The position numbers and the translations under genes were made by a program. From the NCBI GenBank assembly GCA_963762565.1, contig CAVXLD010000001.1:256001-320000 (forward strand): a stretch of DNA of 64,000 nucleotides, given 5' to 3'. This DNA comes from an uncultured Verrucomicrobiae bacterium (lineage in GTDB: Bacteria > Verrucomicrobiota > Verrucomicrobiia > Chthoniobacterales > JAFAMB01). The notes under the pieces are model-generated. The model made no database searches and had not been told where the DNA came from. It was given only the letters and a program-made list of their open reading frames with translations. This document shows positions 9,437-18,700 of this stretch, piece by piece. Position 1 is the stretch's first letter. Each line of letters opens with the position of its first letter.

Positions 9437-11301
9437 AGAATCCAGCGTACTGTCCCGATCCTTGGGTTTATCAGCGCCGGCGTACGCGGGTGGTTAACGT
9501 CGGCAACGTCGGTGTTGGTGGCGACAACCCGATCCGAGTCCAATCCATGTTGACCTGTGACACCATGGACACAGAAACCAGCATTCAGCAGACTCTGGAT
9601 TTGGTGAAGGTCGGTTGCGAAATCGTCCGGATCACAGCCCCAACCGTAAAAGACGCCAAGAACCTAAGATTAATTAAACAAGGTTTGCTCGAGCGGGGTT
9701 GCGATGTGCCAATCGTGGCCGATATCCACTTCAAGCCGGAAGCCGCTCTTGAAGCCGCGCAATGGATCGAAAAGGTTCGGATTAATCCCGGGAACTACGC
9801 GGACTCGAAGAAGTTCGTCGTCAAAGAATATTCTGACGAACAATATCAAGACGAGCTGGCGCGGATCCGCGGGCGATTCACTCCGTTGGTCAAACTGTGC
9901 CAAGAGCGCGGCGTCAGCATGCGGATCGGCACCAATCACGGCTCCCTCAGCGACCGTATCATGAACCGATACGGTGATACGCCGCTTGGCATGGTGGAGA
10001 GCGCGCTAGAGTTTGCGCACATCGCTCGCGACCTCGGCTACCACGATTTCATCTTCTCCATGAAAGCAAGTAATCCGAAGGTGATGATCTGCGCCTATCG
10101 CTTGCTGGTTTCTCGGCTATACGCAGAAGGACCGGATTGGAATTATCCGCTGCATCTCGGCGTGACTGAGGCCGGCGATGGCGAAGACGGTCGGATTAAG
10201 AGCGCCATCGGGATTGGTTCGCTCTTGGCCGATGGCCTCGGCGACACCATCCGGGTTTCATTAACCGAGGACAGCGTACACGAGATTCCCGTCGCCCAGG
10301 CGCTAGTGGCCCCTTATAACGCCGTCAACGCCGCGAGCGCCGAAAACGGAACCAATCACGAATCACCAATCACCAATCACCTTACCCTTCTCACCTCTCA
10401 CGTCTCACCTCTCACTTCTCACTTCGATACGCTCCCTTTCGATCCATTTCACTTCGAGAAACGGGAGACCGAAAAAATCCAAGTGAACGGCGTGGATCTC
10501 GGGGGTGAGGAATTGATTCGAGTAGCCATATCTCAGGGCAACTTTGAAAAGATTGCGCATAAGGTCGACAAGATGGGCGATTTCAAACCCGAAATCGTCG
10601 TAGAAGAATCCGGGGTTGTAGCTGTCGATCCGAGAGATGAGGCCAAGATTGCTGAGATCAACAGCAACTCACAACCCTGTTTGGTGACGGTCTCCGATCA
10701 CATCGGTCTGCCCACCATAACGGCATTTCGACTCCTGGCAGCTCAGCTACAAGCGCGACATCCAATCCTGTTGAAGGACACCCTGGTCCCATCATCGGAC
10801 GGTCAAAAGGATTTTGTACAAACGTTGCTGGAATCGGCGACCAATCTTGGGGCACTGATCTGCGACGGTATCGGTGACGCGATCCTGGTGCAGGGAGAAC
10901 AAGCGCCCGGCCAATCATTGCGGCTGTCTTACAATATTCTCCAAGCTGCCGGCAGCCGGATCTTCAAAACCGATTACGTTGCCTGCCCTTCCTGTGGCCG
11001 GACGTTGTTTAACTTGCAAACCACCACGGCCAAGATCAAGGCCTCCACCACTCATCTGAAAGGAGTCAAGATCGCGATTATGGGGTGTATCGTAAATGGC
11101 CCTGGTGAAATGGCTGACGCCGATTTTGGCTACGTCGGCGGCGCTCCTGGCAAGGTGAATCTTTACGTCGGTAAAACCGCCGTGAAGTTTAATATCCCCG
11201 AAGCAGAAGCCGTCGATCGGTTAGTCGATCTAATCAAAGAGCACGGCCGCTGGGTGGAAAAACCGGTCGAGGCTGCTGAAGCAGCTGAAATGGTGGCATA
11301 G
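9433..11301 (+). CDS. ispG: HMBPP synthase, long form, with a repeat-derived insertion
   Basis: RINPGN, RIGTNHGSL, CPSCGR, GCIVNGPGE. Confidence 0.96.
   Translation: MKNPAYCPDPWVYQRRRTRVVNVGNVGVGGDNPIRVQSMLTCDTMDTETSIQQTLDLVKVGCEIVRITAPTVKDAKNLRLIKQGLLERGCDVPIVADIHFKPEAALEAAQWIEKVRINPGNYADSKKFVVKEYSDEQYQDELARIRGRFTPLVKLCQERGVSMRIGTNHGSLSDRIMNRYGDTPLGMVESALEFAHIARDLGYHDFIFSMKASNPKVMICAYRLLVSRLYAEGPDWNYPLHLGVTEAGDGEDGRIKSAIGIGSLLADGLGDTIRVSLTEDSVHEIPVAQALVAPYNAVNAASAENGTNHESPITNHLTLLTSHVSPLTSHFDTLPFDPFHFEKRETEKIQVNGVDLGGEELIRVAISQGNFEKIAHKVDKMGDFKPEIVVEESGVVAVDPRDEAKIAEINSNSQPCLVTVSDHIGLPTITAFRLLAAQLQARHPILLKDTLVPSSDGQKDFVQTLLESATNLGALICDGIGDAILVQGEQAPGQSLRLSYNILQAAGSRIFKTDYVACPSCGRTLFNLQTTTAKIKASTTHLKGVKIAIMGCIVNGPGEMADADFGYVGGAPGKVNLYVGKTAVKFNIPEAEAVDRLVDLIKEHGRWVEKPVEAAEAAEMVA
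10318..10424. repeat. In-frame compound nonamer + heptamer repeat inside ispG
   Basis: aacgccgtc aacgccgcg, then (aatcacc)n, then (tctcacY)n. Confidence 0.8.
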
Positions 11302-11319
11302 TCCGGGAGAGATTGTTCG

Positions 11320-11352
11320 CCACGGCCTCGCAAGCGAGGCACCGCTCCACGG
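11320..11352 (+). repeat. Family C short REP hairpin
   Basis: CCACGGCCTCGCAAGCGAGGCACCGCTCCACGG. Confidence 0.9.
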
Positions 11353-11450
11353 TTCCAACTGCATCTTGATGCCCGGCCCTAGTCCATCCATTTCGTGTCG
11401 ATTCGCGTCCATTCGTGGTTTAGTTTCACAAAGATCGGGATTCCGTTCTC

Positions 11451-12011
11451 ATGAGTGTTCGACCACATGCCCCACCGCTAACAGAGCAAGATTACTACAA
11501 TCTACCGGAAGGCAGCAGATACCAGCTAATCGAAGGTGATCTCTACATGGCTCCCGCCCCGAACCTTTACCACCAAACGATTCTCGGTAACCTAGCTTTC
11601 GCGCTCCGTTCCTATGTGGAACAGAATCCAATCGGTATCCTGTTCCAAGCTCCCACCGATGTTTTCTTCAGTCGGGAAAGCATCTGGCAGCCGGACCTTT
11701 TTATCGTGCTGAATTCTCGGCGACACATACTCACAATCAGGCGTTGCGAAGGAGCTCCCAATTTCATTGCCGAGATTCTATCTCCTAGCAGCCAAGACCT
11801 GGACTTACACACAAAAAAGGTAGTGTACGCTCGCGCAGGCGTCGACGAGTATTGGATTCTAGATCCAGAGAGCAACGAACTTTTGATTCATCGGTTTGAC
11901 GACAACCCAAACAATCCGATCGCTCGTCTCAAGCCGCCTGAGAAGGCCACTAGTTCTCTTTTCCCAGGATTAGCCATCGACTTAGACCACCTCTTCCGCC
12001 GGGTTATTTAG
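11451..12011 (+). CDS. Uma2-family PD-(D/E)xK putative endonuclease
   Basis: YQLIEG, QPDL, EILSPS, KKVVYARAGVDEYWILDP. Confidence 0.92.
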   Translation: MSVRPHAPPLTEQDYYNLPEGSRYQLIEGDLYMAPAPNLYHQTILGNLAFALRSYVEQNPIGILFQAPTDVFFSRESIWQPDLFIVLNSRRHILTIRRCEGAPNFIAEILSPSSQDLDLHTKKVVYARAGVDEYWILDPESNELLIHRFDDNPNNPIARLKPPEKATSSLFPGLAIDLDHLFRRVI

Positions 12012-12205
12012 GCTACGTCGTGAGTTGCAGATACTGTTTCCGGTTATCTCGTTGGTAGTCGGTTATGAAGAACCTTGAGGAGATTAAGCTGCACGACCGG
12101 AATGAATCGGCCTCTTTAGTCAAGCGCCCCGAGCCCTCTTTGAAATCGGCACACGACGCAGAGCGTAGATAACAACAGTGCACACAGCGAAAATCGCGTT
12201 GTTCA

Positions 12206-12238
12206 CCACGGCCTCGCAAGCGAGGCACCGCTCCACGG
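12206..12238 (+). repeat. Family C REP, identical to 11320-11352
   Basis: Exact 33-nt direct repeat. Confidence 0.9.
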
Positions 12239-12293
12239 GCTCCGACCGCAGGCGCCACTTGCATGAATCCGGAAACCGCTTTCGTTTCTCTGC

Positions 12294-13400
12294 ATGACTG
12301 GATCGCTACCGAATATTGGCTTTGTGGGCCTGGGCTGGCCCGGTGAACGTCACGCAGAAGGCGTTATCGCTTCCTCGCTCGGCGCCGTGCATGCCGCCTG
12401 TGACCTTAACCAGGAACGGCTCGAAAAATTTGTCACCACATTTCGCCCAGCTCGAGCGTTTACGGATTTCAAGGAGATGCTCAATGATTCCGCTCTCGAT
12501 GCGGTCGTGATCAGTCTGCCAAACGCCCTCCATTATCCGTTCTCACTGCAAGCATTGCAGGCTGGCAAACATGTCCTTTGCGAAAAGCCGCCTACGATGA
12601 ACGCGGGTCAGATGAAGACGCTGCACGAAGAAGCGCAGAAACGCGGGCTGGTTTATTATTTCGGCCGCCAGATGCGGTTTTCGCCAGCGATGCAAGCCGC
12701 CAAGACACTCGTCAAAGAGCGGCGTTTAGGTGAGATCTATTTCGCTGAGACCATGTGGGTGCGCTCACGAGGAACCCCGGATGGTGTTGACGGCTGGTTC
12801 ACCGAGCGATCTAAGGCCGGCGGCGGCGCCATCATCGACCTCGGTGTCCATGCGATTGACGCGGCTTGGTACCTGATGGGTACGCCTCAACCGCGAGCGA
12901 TATCCGCGCAGACCTACCAAAAGTTTCCCCAACTGGTTAAGAACAACGTATTCGACGTCGAGGACAACGGATTCGGCATGATCCGGTTCGAGAACGGCGC
13001 CACTCTTTCGTTCAAGGTCTCCTGGGCATCGAATGTGCAGGACGATATCCCGCTGAGTTCGAAACGCGGCCGTTCATTACTCTCGACCTTGGTTTACGGA
13101 CCTAAAGGGTCGATCAGGATCATCGACGCGTTTGAGGCGGATGCAGACAATTTCCCTTCTCCGATCGTTTTCTTTGAAGACCAAGACGGAACACCTGAAA
13201 AAGTGGACGTCCCGGTGCAGGACGTTCGAGGAAGTGCTCTCCGCGCGCACGAGTTTCGCGGACAGGCAACTAACTTCCTCCGCTGCATCCGCGGCGAAGA
13301 GGCCGCCGTTAACAGCTCAAGCCAAGCCGTTCAAATCATGGAAATGCTCGACGCTATTTATCGCTCGAGCCAGTTAGGGAAAGAAGTCACGATCGACTGA
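12294..13400 (+). CDS. Gfo/Idh/MocA-family oxidoreductase
   Basis: IGFVGLG, HVLCEKP, GGGAIIDLGVHAID. Confidence 0.93.
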   Translation: MTGSLPNIGFVGLGWPGERHAEGVIASSLGAVHAACDLNQERLEKFVTTFRPARAFTDFKEMLNDSALDAVVISLPNALHYPFSLQALQAGKHVLCEKPPTMNAGQMKTLHEEAQKRGLVYYFGRQMRFSPAMQAAKTLVKERRLGEIYFAETMWVRSRGTPDGVDGWFTERSKAGGGAIIDLGVHAIDAAWYLMGTPQPRAISAQTYQKFPQLVKNNVFDVEDNGFGMIRFENGATLSFKVSWASNVQDDIPLSSKRGRSLLSTLVYGPKGSIRIIDAFEADADNFPSPIVFFEDQDGTPEKVDVPVQDVRGSALRAHEFRGQATNFLRCIRGEEAAVNSSSQAVQIMEMLDAIYRSSQLGKEVTID

Positions 13401-13424
13401 TATCGTTGAGTGATAAGCGCCAGT

Positions 13425-13670
13425 TCACCACGATTCGACGGTGACATCGCCGACTACATCCTCTCCGACGGCCAACAGCTGGCCAAAGAAATCTGAGGGA
13501 TCGAGCTTCCGAATGCTAAGAAGAGCTTGTAGCTGGGGGCCTTCCGGCAGCAATCCATCAAAGAAAGGCGGGAAGCGATCAAAGTGCCATTGGCGCCGCC
13601 TTGTCGACCTCGTCAGAGAGACTGGCGGCCCTTGGTAGTCAGGCAGTATCAGATGACGATGCCCTCTGGT
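13425..13670 (-). pseudogene. 5'-truncated HipA N-terminal (Couple_hipA/HipS-like) gene
   Basis: DYQGPPVSLT, FPPFFDGLLPEG, LLAVGEDVVGDVTV; N-terminus replaced by a family C REP; no kinase gene follows. Confidence 0.75.
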
Positions 13671-13672
13671 CA

Positions 13673-13704
13673 CCACGGCCTCGCAAGCGAGGCACGCTCC
13701 ACGG
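13673..13704 (+). repeat. Family C REP
   Basis: CCACGGCCTCGCAAGCGAGGCACGCTCCACGG. Confidence 0.9.
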
Positions 13705-13709
13705 TCCGC

Positions 13710-15332
13710 CTACCAGACCTGCCCGCTCGTCCCGGTCGGAAACGGCAGATACTGATAAACCCAAGTCTCGGACAGAACCTTATCGCCGTTCTTCAAGTAA
13801 AGCCGCATATCGACCGGATCATTACCGCTAGCAGTCAGATCGAATTGAGCGCGCCAATGTCCGGGTACGCCGTCTGGAACTGCTTCCGCAAAGATATAGG
13901 AAAAGGTACCTCGCGACGCCCACAGAACGGGCTCCGGTTTAACTCCAAACGGGAGATCAACCAACGGTCCTCCCAAGAACTCAACCATGAATTTCCGCAC
14001 CCCTTGCGGACGTGGTTGACCTGGGACACCCCCATTACCCAGCCGGGTAGCGACGCAACGGGCGAGAGGTGACGGAAATGGCTCGTCGGCTAACCAGTGG
14101 AGCCGGTAACGCAGACGATAAGAATTCCCTGCTTTAGCGGGATCCGCCGGAACCCACATCGCACCGATGTTATCGTGAGTCTCATCATCGGTCGGGATCT
14201 CGACTAATTGAACCGTTCCCTTTCCGAAAGGATTCAGGGGCTCGATCCATAAACTCGGGCGCCGATCGTAAAAGACGCCGTCCAGATAATGATCAAAATC
14301 CCGGTCCCGTTGCAGCAAGCCATATCCCCGAGGGTCAGTATCACTGAAAGACGAGACCTCGACGTGCTGTGGATCATTCAATGGCCTCCAGATATGTTCG
14401 CCGGCAGAGGTCCAGATGGCCAAGCCATCCGAATCATGCACCTCGGGCCGCCAATCTATCGCAGTCGGCTTTTTGGTTTCTGAAAACCAATACATCGAAG
14501 TCGCCGGCGCAATTCCGAGTCGCTCCACGTCTTTGCGCAAGAAAAGAGCAGGCTCCACTTCCATGATGACGCCTTTAGCGCGGTGTAGATCGAACCGATA
14601 TGCGCCCGCTATACTCGGCCCGTCCAGCATGGCATAGACCGTCATGACGTCCGCATCGGATTTCGGTGTCTCGAAATAAAATTCGGTAAAATTAGGAAAC
14701 TCCTCCGGCCGATCCGGCTCGGTTATGTTAATCGCAATACCCCGGGCCGATATGCCGTACTGATAAAGCTCTCCGATCGTCCGAAAATAGGAAGCGCCAA
14801 GAAAGGCCGCCCAGTCATTTTTACGCCAGTCCAGTTTCGCTTGGTCCCCCAGCCGGCTCTCTTGTATTCTGAACCCGGCGAACCCTGTCCCCTTCGAAAG
14901 AAGTCGCGCCGGACTATCCGCCGGCATATCAAAGTAGGTGCCATCATAAATGATTTCATGAGCCGACGAGGCCGACGGACCATTGTCAATCACATACATC
15001 CGAACCGGCGTCCGATCGTAGAGGCCCAGATGGAAAAACGTTATCGGATAGCGCCCAGGACCGTTTGCAAAGAGCGCGTATTCCGGCTTGAAATGGATTT
15101 TACTGAGCGCGTCGTAATTGATCTTATCGAGAATGTCGCTGGGCGGAGCCGGCGGCTCTACGTACGGCCGGCTAGCGGCGTCTTTAGCCCGGGCGATTAG
15201 CCCATCAAAGGAGAACGGACTACCGTCACCAAATTTCAGGCTGGGTGCAGAATCAGCCGAAGATCTGATACCCAACGCTGCTAGGGTAGCCGTGGCTCCG
15301 GCCGACACAATAAAAGTACGGCGGTCCATCAT
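13710..15332 (-). CDS. opgD: Periplasmic glucan protein, OpgD/OpgG family, Tat-exported
   Basis: DRRTF Tat motif; FLGASYFR, YGISARG, RPEVHDSDGL, PTDDETHDNI. Confidence 0.85.
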   Translation of the reverse strand: MMDRRTFIVSAGATATLAALGIRSSADSAPSLKFGDGSPFSFDGLIARAKDAASRPYVEPPAPPSDILDKINYDALSKIHFKPEYALFANGPGRYPITFFHLGLYDRTPVRMYVIDNGPSASSAHEIIYDGTYFDMPADSPARLLSKGTGFAGFRIQESRLGDQAKLDWRKNDWAAFLGASYFRTIGELYQYGISARGIAINITEPDRPEEFPNFTEFYFETPKSDADVMTVYAMLDGPSIAGAYRFDLHRAKGVIMEVEPALFLRKDVERLGIAPATSMYWFSETKKPTAIDWRPEVHDSDGLAIWTSAGEHIWRPLNDPQHVEVSSFSDTDPRGYGLLQRDRDFDHYLDGVFYDRRPSLWIEPLNPFGKGTVQLVEIPTDDETHDNIGAMWVPADPAKAGNSYRLRYRLHWLADEPFPSPLARCVATRLGNGGVPGQPRPQGVRKFMVEFLGGPLVDLPFGVKPEPVLWASRGTFSYIFAEAVPDGVPGHWRAQFDLTASGNDPVDMRLYLKNGDKVLSETWVYQYLPFPTGTSGQVW

Positions 15333-15537
15333 GAACTCGATTCCTTCGAAGACAAAGCCTCATCCGAGAAGGAACGAGGAACGATAAAAAGGCCAACAAT
15401 TCTTCGCATCTTTTGAAAACGTACCGCCGGAAAAGCCTAGTGTTAATGGCGATCCGTCAGATTTTCAAGTGATGCTGGATTGCTGAATGTTGATGATAGC
15501 CGACCGGGATGGGTGCCGGGAAGCACGGTTTGGGACC

Positions 15538-15692
15538 GGGAGGTATCGCGTCCTCGCGATCCGTCGTTCCCGAAGCCGAGGACCTGTTGCCAATCGTGGA
15601 CGAAAATGGACCTCCAAATGGTGGCACGTCCTCGCGGCGCGCGGGGATCCTCCGTCGCTAAAGCTATGGCGGACAGGCAGCGCGCCCTCCCC
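15538..15692. repeat. Family G REP doublet; right REP interrupted by a ~32-nt hairpin insert
   Basis: GGGAGGTATCGCGTCCTCGCGATCCG ... CGGCGCGCGGGGA[TCCTCCGTCGCTAAAGCTATGGCGGACAGGCA]GCGCGCCCTCCC. Confidence 0.65.
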
Positions 15693-15720
15693 GGACCGGC
15701 CTCGTAATCGTTTGGTTTTT

Positions 15721-15738
15721 CGGGAGTCTCGCCCTACC
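15721..15738. repeat. Family B right end overlapping the smc stop codon
   Basis: CGGGAGTCTCGCCCTACC. Confidence 0.75.
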
Positions 15739-18700
15739 CGGCTTCCTCTGTGCCCGCCGTTACCGGCACCTCTTCGGAGGTATTGGAAGTATTGGAAGCA
15801 GCAGTCCCTTCCAGTTCCGGCTCTTCTTCTCGTTTGGTCAAACGAACGCCGACCAATTTACTAATCCCGTGCTCTTCCATGGTAACACCATAGAGCACAT
15901 CGGCTTTGGCGATCGTCCGTTTGTTGTGAGTGATCACTACAAACTGACTTTGATGCACAAACCGGTCCAGGATCTTGATGAACCGATTAATATTCGACTC
16001 GTCCAACGGCGCATCCATCTCGTCCAGCACACAGAACGGGCTCGGTTTAACCATGTAGACGGAAAATAGCAAAGCAACCGCAGTCATGGTCTTCTCGCCA
16101 CCGGATAACAAGGTAATCGATTGCAGCTGTTTACCGGGCGGTTTGGCAATGATCTCAATTCCGCTTTCCAGGGGATCGGCATCGTCAATCAGCAACAAGT
16201 TTGCTTTACCGCCGCCAAACAGTTCGCTGAACATCTCTTGGAAATTCTTGCGAACCTCTTCAAAAGTCTCTGCAAACAACTTTTGGGTAGTGGCATTGAT
16301 CTGGTTGATAATGTCTAGGAGTTCCCCTTTGGCTTTAACCAAATCGTTATGTTGGTTTTCTAGAAAGCGCTGCCGTTCTTCGAGCTCGTCGTATTCCTGG
16401 ATTGATTCCAGATTGACCGGACCCATTCCATCCAGGCGTTCGGTCATCTCGCTCACGATTGCCCTGGTTGACTCCCAATCTTCCTCTCGCAGGTTCGCGA
16501 TGTCGGCCACGCCGTCTGCCAACTCGGTGTCCATTGCCGCCTTCAAACGACTGCGTTGTTCTTTTAGCGACTTAAGGAACGCTTCCCATTCCGGTTGAAA
16601 CGTATTGAGATCGATTTGATAACGTCGCTGAACCTGCTCCAGCAAACTATCCAACCGCAAACGAAACTGGGTCGATCTTACCTCTTGTTCTCCGCGTTGT
16701 TCCTGATGGTCAATTAATTGTTTACGGAGCTGTCTCAGGTTCAACTCTACTGCCTCCACCGATGCGACCCGGGTCGATTTCTCACCGGTTAACCGTTCGA
16801 CCTCGAGCTCAGCAGCTTCCTGTTCCTGCTGGAGCGATGCATTCTTCTGTTGGAGGGCATCGTTTTCCTGTTCCAGTTGTTCAATGCGCGCTAGATAGTT
16901 CCGAACATCGCCCTGCCGGCTGGAAATCAACTCTTGTAGTTCCACAATCCGGTTCGCTAACGGCTGTCTTTGCCGGTTCAAGTCTTCCCTCCGCTGTCGC
17001 TCAGTGGCAACTCGGACTTTTAGCTCATTGAGCGAGTCGACCAGCGATTCTTCAGTGCCTCTCAACGCCTCGACCTGCGCTAACGCCGCGCCCAGTCTTT
17101 CTTGGAAATTAGCGGCCTCCTCCCCCAGCTTCGTCAGCTCGCTCTCAAGCAGCCCAGTTTTGGCGGTGGCGCTTCTCAAGCGCTCCTCAGTATTCTGTTT
17201 CTCCCAAGTAAGACTTTTTACTTTGCCTTCAACGTCACGCAGCTCGCGGTCCAGTAAAGCAATCTGACCCTGAACCGTCGATTCGAGAACCTGAGCTTGT
17301 TGAAGCGCCTCTCGATTTTCGCTGATCTTTTGGTGGGTGTCGGCTAATCGGGTTTCAACTTCGGCTTGGCTCTGTTGAGCGGCATCCAGCTCGGCTTGGA
17401 GTTGAGTGCAAGCATCAGCCAGCTCCCGCATCTGCACTTTGCGTCTCAGAACAGAACTGCCGTCATTCCCCCGTATACCGGCAAAGACCACACCGCGTTC
17501 CGAAATAAATTCCCCGCTTGGAGTAGCGACCGCTACGTCCGCATTTTGCCGGGTGATTCGTAAAGCGGTGTCGAAATCCGGCGCTAAGGCAACGTTGCCC
17601 AGCAACTTATTTACCAAAGGCGCAATTTCAGGGCGGGTTTTAACCCGATCCAGGGCCCAGCCCATCGCTTCTGCCGGAAGAGTCTGGATTTGAACCGGGG
17701 CCAGCCGGGAAACGGCATCGATTGAGACTAACCCGGCTCTTCCTTCTTTAACGTCCATTAATTGACGGCTGATTGCTTCCGCCACGTCACGATCCGCCAC
17801 CAAAACAACTTGGAGATGATGATCGAGAGCAGCCTCGATCGCCGGAACGAATTCGCTACTCACCTCAAGGGAATTAGCCAGTACCCCAAGAACGCTGGAT
17901 CGAAACAGCGATGGATCGTTCAACCCTCTCAGCACCGCTTGGGTTCCAGAGTCCAACCCTTCGCCTTCGCGATTCAGTTGAGAGAGCACCTCGAGCTTCG
18001 ATTCGCGTTCTGCCAAGCTACGTTGCTTGCGCGCGATTGCCGCAACCATCTCCTGTAGCATCCGCTGTTGATTGACCCCATCATGTTCGCTATCCCGAAG
18101 CGCGTCGCGGCAACTTTGCACCTGCCCACCCGCCTGTGCCATCTCTGTTCGACTCTGTTCCAGTTGGGATCGGACTTGGTCGCGCCCGCTCTCTGCCTGG
18201 CGAAGCTCTTGTTCCACCAACGTCAAACGAGTCTGACTGCCTTCTCGCTGGTTCAAGACGTTTGCCAGTTCACCGCGAATGCTCGCGGTTCGATTTTCTC
18301 TTAGCTGGACTTCCTGTTGAAACCGTTGAGCCTCGCGCTCCTGATCCAAACGCCTCGCTCGCGAGTCGCTGACTTCCCGCTGGTGTTCCTCTAAGCGTTC
18401 CTCCTCCGCTCTCAAACTTTCAAACAACTCCGCGAGTTGATGATCAGTCTCTTCTAGCTGGCCCTCTTGAATCAGCAGTTTTTCCTGAGCAGCAGACACA
18501 TCAGATTCATACCTGCCGATCAACCCCGAAGCTTCGCGCGCCCGTTCTTCGTTGAAGGAGATCCGGTTGATAGCAACGTCGATCCGATTCTTGATGTCTT
18601 GGCCCGTCTGGCGCACCACCAGAATCTCTTCTTCCAAAGCTTCAAGCTCGTGGCGTTGATCAGCCAGACCAAACTCTTGAGACTCGATCTGTTCCTCCAG

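Noticed and set aside
12065..12172. 35-codon ORF (MKNLEEIKLH...) inside the Uma2 cassette
   Set aside because: No clear RBS or recognisable motif.
11320..13704. Family C repeats as a CRISPR array or attC sites
   Set aside because: Spacing is 0.9-1.5 kb with whole genes between, there are no cas or integrase genes, and no RYYYAAC/GTTRRRY ends.
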